From a virus: a DNA stretch of 62,677 bases. Shown here in pieces: positions 45,999 to 53,800 of the stretch. The translations under genes were made by a program, and so were the position numbers. Position 1 is the first letter of the stretch, and each line of letters opens with the position of its first letter. A model generated the notes under the pieces. That model did not search any database, was not told the origin of the DNA, and saw only the letters and a program-made list of their open reading frames with translations. Location: the IMG/VR virus record IMGVR_UViG_3300021339_000001, positions 1 to 62,677 of that record; one strand, written 5' to 3'.

Positions 45999-46029
45999 GG
46001 GTGCGGTGGCGTCGGTCGCGCCACCGCAC
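45999..46029. other. Perfect 12-bp GC hairpin in the leader of the ParB-like gene
   Basis: Stem ggtgcggtggcg / cgccaccgcacc with a 7-nt loop. Confidence 0.7.
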
Positions 46030-46043
46030 CTCGATCAACTGAC

Positions 46044-46073
46044 ACGCTAATCGTCGATGCCGACGATTGTCAA
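46044..46073 (-). promoter_or_regulatory. Early promoter P7 (TTGACA-N18-TAGCGT) with an 8-bp-arm palindrome in the spacer
   Basis: Plus strand reads acgcta...tgtcaa. Palindrome aatcgtcg-atgc-cgacgatt spans 46049..46068. Confidence 0.65.
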
Positions 46074-46082
46074 CAGCAGTTC

Positions 46083-46847
46083 TCAGGCCTGCGGATTGGT
46101 GACCTTGAGGGTCACCACCGCGTCGTCCCGCGAGTTGAACCGCCAGTCCGAATCGAGACCGACGTCGCTGAGGTACATCATCGAGTTGTTGAGCGTGTTC
46201 AGCAGGTCGGCGCCGCGGAGATCCTTGAGCCGACTCCGCCGGGCCGTCACTCCCCGGACCGTCCGGGTGACGGTCATCGTCAGGTCGAACGTGCCCTCGC
46301 CGTTCAGCTCGGCCACGGCCTCCCGCGGTCCGTTGATCATGGCGACGGCCTCGTCGACCACGGAGCAGTAGCCGTGCGCGTTCTTGAGCCCCATGGCGAT
46401 CAGGTCGACCTTGTGGGCGTAGTCGGTGGCGTTGCGCGCCACGAGCACGACGTCGCCGACGGGTACGGTGGTGACCTCACCGAGCGAGTCGACGATGGTG
46501 ATCGACTCGTTCGCCGGGTCGTCGTCCGGGACGATGGCGATGATCGTCTTCAGGCCGTCGTCGTGTCGGACGATCGCGGTGATCGGAAACCGCTCGGCCA
46601 GTTCGATGGGTTCCGCGGCGATCACCCGCGCGTCGGCGCTGTTGTCGATGTCGAGCATGGTGTTGTTGTCCCTTCGTCTGATGGTGTCACGTTCACGTAG
46701 GTAGTCCATCTCTTCTTCGGCAGAACGCCGTCGAGAGATGGCTTCTTGCTCGTGGCGATGGTTGGAGACGGCTCGCGTAACCGTGATCACGGCGATCACC
46801 CCGATCGCCCCGATCAAGATTATGATCGGTACGACGTAGTCGACCAT
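46083..46847 (-). CDS. Hypothetical protein with N-terminal TM helix
   Basis: ORF track; VVPIIILIGAIGVIAVITV. Confidence 0.55.
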   Translation of the reverse strand: MVDYVVPIIILIGAIGVIAVITVTRAVSNHRHEQEAISRRRSAEEEMDYLRERDTIRRRDNNTMLDIDNSADARVIAAEPIELAERFPITAIVRHDDGLKTIIAIVPDDDPANESITIVDSLGEVTTVPVGDVVLVARNATDYAHKVDLIAMGLKNAHGYCSVVDEAVAMINGPREAVAELNGEGTFDLTMTVTRTVRGVTARRSRLKDLRGADLLNTLNNSMMYLSDVGLDSDWRFNSRDDAVVTLKVTNPQA

Positions 46848-46853
46848 GAACGA

Positions 46854-47198
46854 CTACTCCGTGTCGGTGGTGTCCGAGTCGGTGTCGGTGTCGCCGACGG
46901 TCGTGGTGGCCGCGTCGTCCGCCTCCGACTTGACCGCAGCGGTCGTCACGAAGTCGCGCAGCGCCTGCACGGCGATCTCCTCGTCCGCGTCCAGGACGGA
47001 CTCCTGGACCCAGTGGTTCCGGGTACCGAAGTTGTTGACGAACTGCGCGACCTGCTCGAGCTGCCACCTGTCGGCCTTGGTGAGCAGGACGGTCAGTCCC
47101 TGCAGGACGGCCTCGCGCTGCTCGTCGGACGTGACGAGAACCTGCTCGCCGTCGGTGTCGAAGCCGGGTGCGGTGGTGGGAGCGTCGTTCTCCAACAT
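46854..47198 (-). CDS. Acidic hypothetical protein
   Basis: ORF trimmed to MLENDAP (aaggaga RBS). Confidence 0.6.
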   Translation of the reverse strand: MLENDAPTTAPGFDTDGEQVLVTSDEQREAVLQGLTVLLTKADRWQLEQVAQFVNNFGTRNHWVQESVLDADEEIAVQALRDFVTTAAVKSEADDAATTTVGDTDTDSDTTDTE

Positions 47199-47291
47199 GT
47201 GTTCTCCTTGATCGGTCTGGTCATCTTCAGGACGGGTTACCACCCGCCGACGCCTACGTCTCACGACGAGCGCGTTTCGACCTGGACGTCG

Positions 47292-47495
47292 TCATCTACC
47301 TTCGTTCAACTCACCGCGTATGTGATCACTGACGATCAACTTGCTGCCCGGAAATGTGACGATCTCGACCTCCTGACTTGTCTTGACACCACTGGGATAC
47401 GTCATGACCGTGATGTGGTACCCGGACTCACGCGAACCGTCGATCAAGACGACGTCGGCTTCGGGCCAGACGATCGACGCGTGGATGTCCGGCAT
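47292..47495 (-). CDS. Hypothetical protein
   Basis: ORF track; 1-nt overlap with the upstream stop. Confidence 0.55.
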   Translation of the reverse strand: MPDIHASIVWPEADVVLIDGSRESGYHITVMTYPSGVKTSQEVEIVTFPGSKLIVSDHIRGELNEGR

Positions 47496-47848
47496 CAGTC
47501 GGTCGGCCGATCGGTCGTGTCGAGCACGAGTCGGTACGCGGCGTCGAGTAGGACGCTCTTGGGGTCACTGGAGTCCAGGTTGGCGTCCAACATGTCAAAC
47601 GACGTGTGATTGTACGCGTACTCGATCGCCTCTTCGCCCGTCATACTGGGCCAACCTTCGCGAACGTCGGCGACCACCAGTTTCACCGCACGGTCGAACG
47701 GCATAAGGACGGTCGGCGCGGAGGACGACTCCTTGATCAGGGTGAGAAGATGTTCCCTGAACAGATCGCGAGCCATCTCCCACCAGACGCCGTCCGTCTG
47801 GTCGTCGGGCAGATTGGTGATCGCCCGGCGGAACTCCTTGAGGTCCAT
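47495..47848 (-). CDS. Hypothetical protein
   Basis: gaaggga RBS, with promoter P8 just upstream. Confidence 0.6.
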   Translation of the reverse strand: MDLKEFRRAITNLPDDQTDGVWWEMARDLFREHLLTLIKESSSAPTVLMPFDRAVKLVVADVREGWPSMTGEEAIEYAYNHTSFDMLDANLDSSDPKSVLLDAAYRLVLDTTDRPTD

Positions 47849-47883
47849 CGCGTCGCTGTCCCTTCGTCGTTCGTCCTAGTGAA

Positions 47884-47913
47884 ACGCTATCAGGTCATAT
47901 CAGGTTGGGTCAA
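47884..47913 (-). promoter_or_regulatory. Early promoter P8 (TTGACC-N18-TAGCGT, TG-extended)
   Basis: Plus strand reads acgcta-N18-ggtcaa. The motif cctgatagcgt is shared with the plus-strand promoter at 55737..55766. Confidence 0.6.
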
Positions 47914-48416
47914 ATCGCGTCACCAAGCAGTTCGCGGGCGACGTCCAGGTCGTGGGAGGTACACCCGCAGTCGCCCAGATAAGGCGTGACGACACTGCCC
48001 AGGAGGAAGCTCGCGCAGTCGGCGATGATCTCGCGGTCGAACTCGCGCGCTAAGCCAAGTGCGATCTGACGGCGGTGCGCGTACTCATGGTTCACCACGC
48101 TGGGTAGGACCTGACACGGGACCGACGTCGCGATCTCGACGGCGCCCGTTACGGTGTCGGTCGAGCCGAACCAGTTCGGCGGCAGATCGGACGACATCGT
48201 CCACATGGCGGGATCGTCGCCCAGTTCCACGACGCGTGCGTGCATCAGCGCCGACCGGTCGCAGCGCTCGGCCCAGTCGAACGCTGCGGCCTGCGCCTCG
48301 GGGTTGCTGGTATCCACCGGACAGTCCGCGCTGGTGGCCTGGAGAGGATTACAGAGCACGACGACGCCGATCGCGAGGGACGCCGCGACGCCAGCGAGGG
48401 AACGTTGAAGTAGCAT
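47910..48416 (-). CDS. Secreted HExxH metallopeptidase-like protein
   Basis: Signal peptide MLLQRSLAGVAASLAIGVVVLCNPLQATSA. Motif VNHEYAHRRQ. Confidence 0.6.
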   Translation of the reverse strand: MLLQRSLAGVAASLAIGVVVLCNPLQATSADCPVDTSNPEAQAAAFDWAERCDRSALMHARVVELGDDPAMWTMSSDLPPNWFGSTDTVTGAVEIATSVPCQVLPSVVNHEYAHRRQIALGLAREFDREIIADCASFLLGSVVTPYLGDCGCTSHDLDVARELLGDAI

Positions 48417-48429
48417 GACGTGTGTCCTA

Positions 48430-48534
48430 TCAGAGTATGAGACGAACGTAGTTGACGAGAACGATGGCCGAGAGGGTGATCGACAAGACCACGGTCATCC
48501 AGGGAAAGGGTTGACCGCGCGTCAACGGAGCCAT
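48430..48534 (-). CDS. Possible 34-aa membrane peptide
   Basis: Hand translation MAPLTRGQPFPWMTVVLSITLSAIVLVNYVRLIL. Confidence 0.3.
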   Translation of the reverse strand: MAPLTRGQPFPWMTVVLSITLSAIVLVNYVRLIL

Positions 48535-48923
48535 GAGAGGTACGATTCGGGGCAGCACTTGTCGCAGATGCAATCCCAACTACACCGCGCCTGGGTAGGT
48601 TCGTCCAGGTCGGCTCGCGCTGGCACGATTTCCACGTGTCCGTTCTGGTCGAGCAACACGTTCGCGCGTTGAATGGCTTCGGTCGTCCGCGAACGCCAAC
48701 CGTGACTGCTGGGTCGATAGTCGTCGGATAACTTGCTGTACTCGATCGCCACCGCCTTCGCCAACCTGAGCGTCCTGGTGATGCAGCCGATGTCCGAGAC
48801 CATGTTGATCGGCAACATTCGAATCACCAAGTGCCACTGACGGCCATCATGGAAGATCACGTAACTACGGGTGTCATCCTGCGTGGTGTAGTTGCCGACA
48901 TCCTTGTTGCGGGTGAACTTCAC
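48522..48923 (-). CDS. Hypothetical protein (C-terminal Cys cluster)
   Basis: ORF track; CSWDCICDKCC. Confidence 0.55.
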   Translation of the reverse strand: MKFTRNKDVGNYTTQDDTRSYVIFHDGRQWHLVIRMLPINMVSDIGCITRTLRLAKAVAIEYSKLSDDYRPSSHGWRSRTTEAIQRANVLLDQNGHVEIVPARADLDEPTQARCSWDCICDKCCPESYLSWLR

Positions 48924-48950
48924 GTCGATCTCCGTCGATTCATCGTCAAA

Positions 48951-49124
48951 TCAGGTGGTGGCAACCGACTCGACCTCAGCGACGTGGAACGTGCGCTGAA
49001 CGCCCGCGCCGTCGAGACCGACGAAGAACCCGTCGCCGTCGGGCGAGGTGGTGGCGGTGCAGCCGATGTCGTCCATCGTGCTGAAGACCGACAGCGCTTC
49101 GATAGTGTTCTCGTCCTCGTACAT
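48951..49124 (-). CDS. Hypothetical protein (57 aa)
   Basis: Hand translation MYEDENTIEALSVFSTMDDIGC...; acggagga RBS. The two track ORFs in other frames are Arg-rich artefacts. Confidence 0.5.
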   Translation of the reverse strand: MYEDENTIEALSVFSTMDDIGCTATTSPDGDGFFVGLDGAGVQRTFHVAEVESVATT

Positions 49125-49305
49125 GGTGTCCTCCGTCGATTTCGTCGTCGTTCATCAAAGGGTTCAACCAACGGGGAGCCTCTTGGTCACCCGATCTTCC
49201 TGACGGGAAGGGATCGAGCCCGACCTGGTCGGTGAGCCCCCGTGGGGACGCCTACCAAGAGGTACCTCGCTGGTCGAACGTTGTTGCGTTTGCCTGACGA
49301 GACGA
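49125..49305 (-). ncRNA. Unusually long (~175 nt) structured 5' leader or embedded small RNA
   Basis: All sister promoters have 26-45 nt leaders. This one contains a 9-bp long-range helix cctcttggt / accaagagg enclosing at least three hairpins. Confidence 0.45.
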
Positions 49306-49334
49306 ACGTTAGCCTGAGTTGTGAAACATGTCAA
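49306..49334 (-). promoter_or_regulatory. Early promoter P9 (TTGACA-N17-TAACGT)
   Basis: Plus strand reads acgtta-N17-tgtcaa. Confidence 0.7.
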
Positions 49335-49534
49335 ACCCGCAGATACAGGCCCGTGACGAGACGATCTGCGCGCGTCGCGAGCAGTCCGACTGACGCCAAC
49401 GCGTCGGCGTAGCTGTCGGCTTCCACGGTGATCCGGTGGTGAGCGGTCTGCGCGCCGTACAAACGCAGCGCGACGATTCCTAACTTCAAGTCATCATGCG
49501 TCGAGACGGTCACGTCGAAGATGAAGACAGTCAT
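49331..49534 (-). CDS. Hypothetical protein (67 aa)
   Basis: ORF trimmed to MTVFIFDV, ATGA-coupled to the upstream stop. Confidence 0.55.
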   Translation of the reverse strand: MTVFIFDVTVSTHDDLKLGIVALRLYGAQTAHHRITVEADSYADALASVGLLATRADRLVTGLYLRV

Positions 49535-49785
49535 ACTACGCGAGCGACGTCGAACGCAAGCAGCGGGCACGTCACGTAGCACGCGTTGAGATGTGAGTTT
49601 AACGTGACGCACGTCGGGCAGTCCTCGACCAGTCCTTCTTCGACGGTCTGAGCGTCCGACAAATCCACTCCGCAGAAGGCGAACCGAAACTGCTCGTTGA
49701 CGCAACATGTCAGGTGACAGGCGTCGTCGTCGATCTCCTCGGATTGCGCGGCATGAGTTTCAGCGTCGGCGCTGACCTCGAGCAC
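49531..49785 (-). CDS. Acidic Cys-rich hypothetical protein; first gene of the minus-strand arm
   Basis: ORF track; GTG start. Confidence 0.5.
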   Translation of the reverse strand: MLEVSADAETHAAQSEEIDDDACHLTCCVNEQFRFAFCGVDLSDAQTVEEGLVEDCPTCVTLNSHLNACYVTCPLLAFDVARVV

Positions 49786-49933
49786 ATGATCACCGTCACT
49801 TCGTCGTCGTGGTCGAAACTACGCTGGTGGAACGGATCGACGGCTGCGATTCCGTCGATCCGCCGCTCCACCAACCCACCTAGGTCAACCAAGAACCGGA
49901 GGCCAACGCTGTGAACGAAAACTCCCCGGTCGA

Positions 49934-52276
49934 ATGAGCGACCACCAGGATAATATCAGGTTAGGCGACGCACTTCCTGACCCGGCGCATTTCCTATCTT
50001 ACGCGCTGTATCACGCGTCTCGCGATATCGCGGTCTTCCCACTGACGCGCAACGGCCGACAGCCTGCGATCCGTCGCTACTTCGAGCGCGCAACGTCGGA
50101 CGCGGACGCCATCCACGGGTGGTGGGGACCCAGTGGCTCGCACGTCGGCTGCAACGTCGGGATCGCGACCGGCGCGGAGATCGCGACCGGTCAACCGGTC
50201 TGGTGCCTGGACGTCGACAACAAACACGGGCACAACGGCGACGCGGCGCTGCGTCAACTCGAGGACGAACTCGGTGCGCCGCTGCCTGCGACGTACGCCG
50301 AAGATACGCCGAACGGTGGTCGTCACCTGCTGTTCCGCTGGCCGGCCGGTCGGGAGGTCAAGTCCTCCGGCGGTGAACTCGGCGACGGACTGGACGTCCG
50401 CGGTTATCGCGGCGTCGTGTTCGCCGCCGGTTCGGTCGTCGATGGCCGCGCGTACGTCGTCAGCGCGAACCTGCCGATCGCCGACGCGCCGGACGCGCTC
50501 GTCGACCTGGTGGAGCGACGGACCCGCGAGTACGCCGTGGACGGCGTCGTACGCGAGCTCGCGGATGGCGAACACCGTCGCGTCGTCGCGTACGGCGAGA
50601 ACGCGCGTCGCGCGGCCTGCGAGCGACTGGCGAACGCGCAGCCCGGCGAGCAGAACAACGAGCTCTTCAAGTTCGCCCGGCAGATGTCCGAACTAGGTCA
50701 GCACGGTCTGTTCACTCGGTACGAGATCTGGTGCGACGCCACGGAGGCGATGACCGAGAACGGCTACCTGCTGGATGATCCCGGTGGCTCGTTTGAGCGC
50801 ACGTTCAACTCCGGTTGGGATAACGCCGAACCGCGCGCGCCGTGGCCGCCGTGGCCGTCCGATGCTGCACGAATCGAATCAGGTGAGATCGAGGTGTGGC
50901 CCCCACCGCAACGTCCGGTGCTCGTCGCTCGTGAGTTGATCGCACGCTGGAGCGATGCGACCGACTGGCTGCTCAGACGTCGGTGGCGGCAGTGGTGGCT
51001 GCGCTACGACGAGGTCGCGCATCGCTGGATCAAGGAAGAGAACGATAAGATCATCTCTAACTCGGTGTGGACGTCACTCGAGCACGCCGTGTACGGGCCG
51101 GAGCGTCGTGACTGGAACCCGTCCATTAAGAACGTCGCCAACGTCGTCAGCGCGTTCGAGTCGTTCGCGTCGTTGTCGTGGCATCAAGAGTCGCATACGT
51201 GGATCGAGCAACCCGACGGCTACCCACCAGCCGAGTCGATGATCGTCGTCAAGAACGGGCAGTTGCACCTGCCGAGTCGCTCGATCTGGCCGCACGATCC
51301 GCGACTCTTCAACCACGTGTCACTGCCGTTCGACTACGACCCGCAGGCACCCGCGCCGAGTCGGTGGTTGCGGTTCTTGAACGAACTCTGGCCCGACGAT
51401 CCCGTGCAGCAACTGATGCTTCAGGAGATGTTCGGCTACATCATCTCGGGGCGAACCGACCTGCAGAAGATCATGTTGTTGATCGGTCGACCACGATCGG
51501 GTAAGGGAACGATCTCGTGGGTCCTGCGGCAACTGCTCGGCTCCGCGGTCGCCGCACCGAGCATGGGCTCGCTCCGCACGCAGTTCGGCCTCCAGGATCT
51601 ACTTGATAAGTCGCTGGCCATCATCGGTGACGCGCGTATCTCAGGTGACACACAACCGCTGATCGAGCGACTGCTGACCATCTCGGGTGAGGACATCGTC
51701 ACGGTCGATCGTAAGAATAGGTCGCCTCTCAGCGTCGTGCTGACCGCGCGCTTCTTGATCTTGACCAACGAGGAGCCGGTGCTCCGCGACGCGTCGGGCG
51801 CGATGGCCAGTCGGTTCGTGCCGCTGCGGCTGCGTCAGTCCTTCCTGGGGCACGAGGATCTACGACTGAAGGCGACGCTGCGACCGGAGCTGCCCGGCAT
51901 CTTGACGTGGGCGCTGGACGGCCTGGATCGACTGCTCGCGCAGGGGTCGTTCACGTTGTCAGAGACGTCGAACGAGTTGATCGCCGACATGACCGATTCA
52001 GGAAGTCCGATCGGCGCGTTCGTCCGCGAGTGCTGCGTGCTGGGCGGTCAGCATGAGGTACCGCGAGACAAGTTGTACGACGCCTGGCGGAACTGGGCGA
52101 TCCGCAACGACGTTCCGCCCAGCGACAACGCGCGATTTGGGCGGAACCTGCGTACGGTCGCCGACGTGCGAACCCTCCGTCGGGGACCGGCCGGTTCTCA
52201 GGTTTACCACCATGGTGGGATCGACCTGACCGACGAGTATCAGGCACCCACCTGGAACTTCACAGTTCCCGGCTAA
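49934..52276 (+). CDS. Bifunctional primase-polymerase / D5-P4-type helicase
   Basis: 780 aa. N-terminal prim-pol motifs (CLDVDNKHG, GGRHLLF) and C-terminal Walker A GRPRSGKGT. Confidence 0.85.
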   Translation: MSDHQDNIRLGDALPDPAHFLSYALYHASRDIAVFPLTRNGRQPAIRRYFERATSDADAIHGWWGPSGSHVGCNVGIATGAEIATGQPVWCLDVDNKHGHNGDAALRQLEDELGAPLPATYAEDTPNGGRHLLFRWPAGREVKSSGGELGDGLDVRGYRGVVFAAGSVVDGRAYVVSANLPIADAPDALVDLVERRTREYAVDGVVRELADGEHRRVVAYGENARRAACERLANAQPGEQNNELFKFARQMSELGQHGLFTRYEIWCDATEAMTENGYLLDDPGGSFERTFNSGWDNAEPRAPWPPWPSDAARIESGEIEVWPPPQRPVLVARELIARWSDATDWLLRRRWRQWWLRYDEVAHRWIKEENDKIISNSVWTSLEHAVYGPERRDWNPSIKNVANVVSAFESFASLSWHQESHTWIEQPDGYPPAESMIVVKNGQLHLPSRSIWPHDPRLFNHVSLPFDYDPQAPAPSRWLRFLNELWPDDPVQQLMLQEMFGYIISGRTDLQKIMLLIGRPRSGKGTISWVLRQLLGSAVAAPSMGSLRTQFGLQDLLDKSLAIIGDARISGDTQPLIERLLTISGEDIVTVDRKNRSPLSVVLTARFLILTNEEPVLRDASGAMASRFVPLRLRQSFLGHEDLRLKATLRPELPGILTWALDGLDRLLAQGSFTLSETSNELIADMTDSGSPIGAFVRECCVLGGQHEVPRDKLYDAWRNWAIRNDVPPSDNARFGRNLRTVADVRTLRRGPAGSQVYHHGGIDLTDEYQAPTWNFTVPG

Positions 52277-52329
52277 CCTAGCGATTCCGCAGTTTTGCCT
52301 AGCAACGCTTGGTTGGCTATGGAGAATCA

Positions 52330-52562
52330 GGTAGTTCACGTGTAGTTAGGCGTTGCTATGCGGTAGTTAATATGTCAAATCGTTCACAGAGTGCTCTGAC
52401 CAGCGATGTAGTTTGGATAGTTTAGATAGTTAAGTAGTTTCGTAACTAGCTGCTAGAAAACCATCAATTGAGAACGTCAGAACTTGTATCGAAGAACAGC
52501 AACTTGTATCGAACGTCGTCAGCTCCAGTAGAATTGTCGCAACCACTAGCGGCGATATAGTT
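52330..52562. repeat. Iteron-like array: 8 copies of (G/A)TAGTT plus CTAGC motifs in an AT-richer spacer
   Basis: TAGTT at 52332, 52343, 52364, 52409, 52418, 52427, 52435 and 52558. Confidence 0.7.
52481..52513. repeat. Two 13-bp direct repeats aacttgtatcgaa, 20 bp apart
   Basis: 52481..52493 and 52501..52513. Confidence 0.85.
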
Positions 52563-52604
52563 GACTATCCTAACTATCCGAGTAATCCTAGAACTAAGGA
52601 CGTT

Positions 52605-52817
52605 ATGCGCATCGCCTGTCACGTCGCTGAAGTCGACGTCGAGGACGTACCTGGGGTGGTGGCGACGTGCACGATCTATCGTCACGAAGTTGAGTCGTTC
52701 GGGCAGACCGGTGCCAGCGTTCGGCGGTGTCTGGCGGTCATGCGAGCCGAGTGCCCGCGAGGTCGGTCGAACCTCTACACGATCGCACGTGGATCCGATC
52801 TGGGTACGCGTGATTAG
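52605..52817 (+). CDS. Hypothetical protein
   Basis: aagga RBS upstream of ATG. Confidence 0.5.
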   Translation: MRIACHVAEVDVEDVPGVVATCTIYRHEVESFGQTGASVRRCLAVMRAECPRGRSNLYTIARGSDLGTRD

Positions 52818-52832
52818 GCGTAGACTGACATC

Positions 52833-53081
52833 ATGACCACGCCGATTCCCGAGCCGGTGCCGGAGCCGTTCGCACCCGTCGACCAACGTGCGTCCGAGTT
52901 CGGCGGACGGCCGGGGTTGTACCCGCGTACGAGCGACACCGGGGTCGACTACGGACCGCTCAGCGCGGATCAGGCGCTGGCGCTGCTGCATCGCGGTTGG
53001 CGTGGTGAGACGGTGGACGTACCCGAGGACGCGTACGAGCCATACACCGTGGAGGGCCTAGGAGCGCAGCGGGTCCAGTGA
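52833..53081 (+). CDS. Hypothetical protein
   Basis: ORF track. Confidence 0.55.
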   Translation: MTTPIPEPVPEPFAPVDQRASEFGGRPGLYPRTSDTGVDYGPLSADQALALLHRGWRGETVDVPEDAYEPYTVEGLGAQRVQ

Positions 53082-53272
53082 AGACGCCGTCACAGCTACG
53101 CGAGTTGCACCTACGCGCGCATCCGGGGTGCACGTACGGCGATCAGCCGCACTACGTTCCGCCCGGTGCGGGAACGATCGGGTTCTTCCTCTGCGACCCG
53201 CCGGATGACGTCGTGAACCATACGCGCTGCGTTGGACCGTACGATCACGAACATGTTGATCACAGGTCTTAA
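53078..53272 (+). CDS. Hypothetical protein
   Basis: GTGA overlap with the upstream gene. Confidence 0.5.
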   Translation: MKTPSQLRELHLRAHPGCTYGDQPHYVPPGAGTIGFFLCDPPDDVVNHTRCVGPYDHEHVDHRS

Positions 53273-53301
53273 TGAGGGCTCACCTTCGGTGAGATCGGTG
53301 A

Positions 53302-53339
53302 TGTTCGCTAGGCGAACAGGAGTGTTCGATAGTCGAACA
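53302..53339. promoter_or_regulatory. Two tandem 17-bp palindromes TGTTCG(C/A)-TAG-(G/T)CGAACA, centres 21 bp apart (operator-like)
   Basis: 53302..53318 and 53323..53339, 21 nt upstream of ATG53360. Confidence 0.6.
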
Positions 53340-53359
53340 TCTGACGAAGGGACGCACGG

Positions 53360-53542
53360 ATGAGCGGCAGTAAGTGGAAGATCACGTTCATCGACGGGAC
53401 CGTCGAGTTCTTGGAATATGGTGAACTCAAGGTGAGCGTGAACGGCGCGTTCTTGCATTACTCGCATTCAGGGAGTTACTGGTCCGACCATAAGGCCACA
53501 TACGTGATCGCCAACGTCCAGAAATGGGAACCTGTTTCTTAG
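53360..53542 (+). CDS. Hypothetical protein
   Basis: gaaggga RBS. Confidence 0.55.
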   Translation: MSGSKWKITFIDGTVEFLEYGELKVSVNGAFLHYSHSGSYWSDHKATYVIANVQKWEPVS

Positions 53543-53544
53543 TA

Positions 53545-53560
53545 GGCTAAACTAGGATCG
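53545..53560 (+). promoter_or_regulatory. Conserved motif GGCTAaACTAGGATCG (possible -10 TAGGAT), copy 1
   Basis: 15/16 identical to 53762..53777. Both end 20-23 nt before an ATG. Confidence 0.45.
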
Positions 53561-53580
53561 ACGGACGAAGGGACGATGCG

Positions 53581-53772
53581 ATGCAGATTGAGATCAAGCT
53601 CAGCGTGATGAACGACCGCGACGAGGACGATGCGAAGGCCATAGGTCTTACGACCGAAGCCTACGAACGTCTCGATGCGGCATTGAATCAAGCTGGATTC
53701 ACTGTCCTACGTGTAACGAAGTGCGTGCACTACGACGTCCTATCTAGGCAATGGGGTGACCGGCTAGACTAG
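53581..53772 (+). CDS. Hypothetical protein
   Basis: gaaggga RBS. Confidence 0.55.
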   Translation: MQIEIKLSVMNDRDEDDAKAIGLTTEAYERLDAALNQAGFTVLRVTKCVHYDVLSRQWGDRLD

Positions 53773-53777
53773 GATCG
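53762..53777 (+). promoter_or_regulatory. Conserved motif GGCTAgACTAGGATCG, copy 2
   Basis: See copy 1. Confidence 0.45.
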
Positions 53778-53800
53778 GAACGCGACGAAAGGACTGGGAC

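Noticed and set aside
45612-46700. 362-aa plus-strand ORF antisense to the ParB-like gene and 46083..46847.
   Set aside because: It spans a promoter and intergenic region of the opposite strand, its composition is typical of antisense GC-rich frames, and it has no RBS.
48944-48949. TTGACG (minus strand) as another member of the promoter family. The same applies to TTGACA at 52373..52378.
   Set aside because: No TAnnnT hexamer lies 16-19 nt downstream in either case.
53302-53339. Interpretation of the dyads as an actinobacterial LexA (Cheo-type GAAC-N4-GTTC) box.
   Set aside because: Half-site orientation and spacing do not fit: GTTCG-N5-CGAAC within each dyad, and GAAC-N6-GTTC between dyads.
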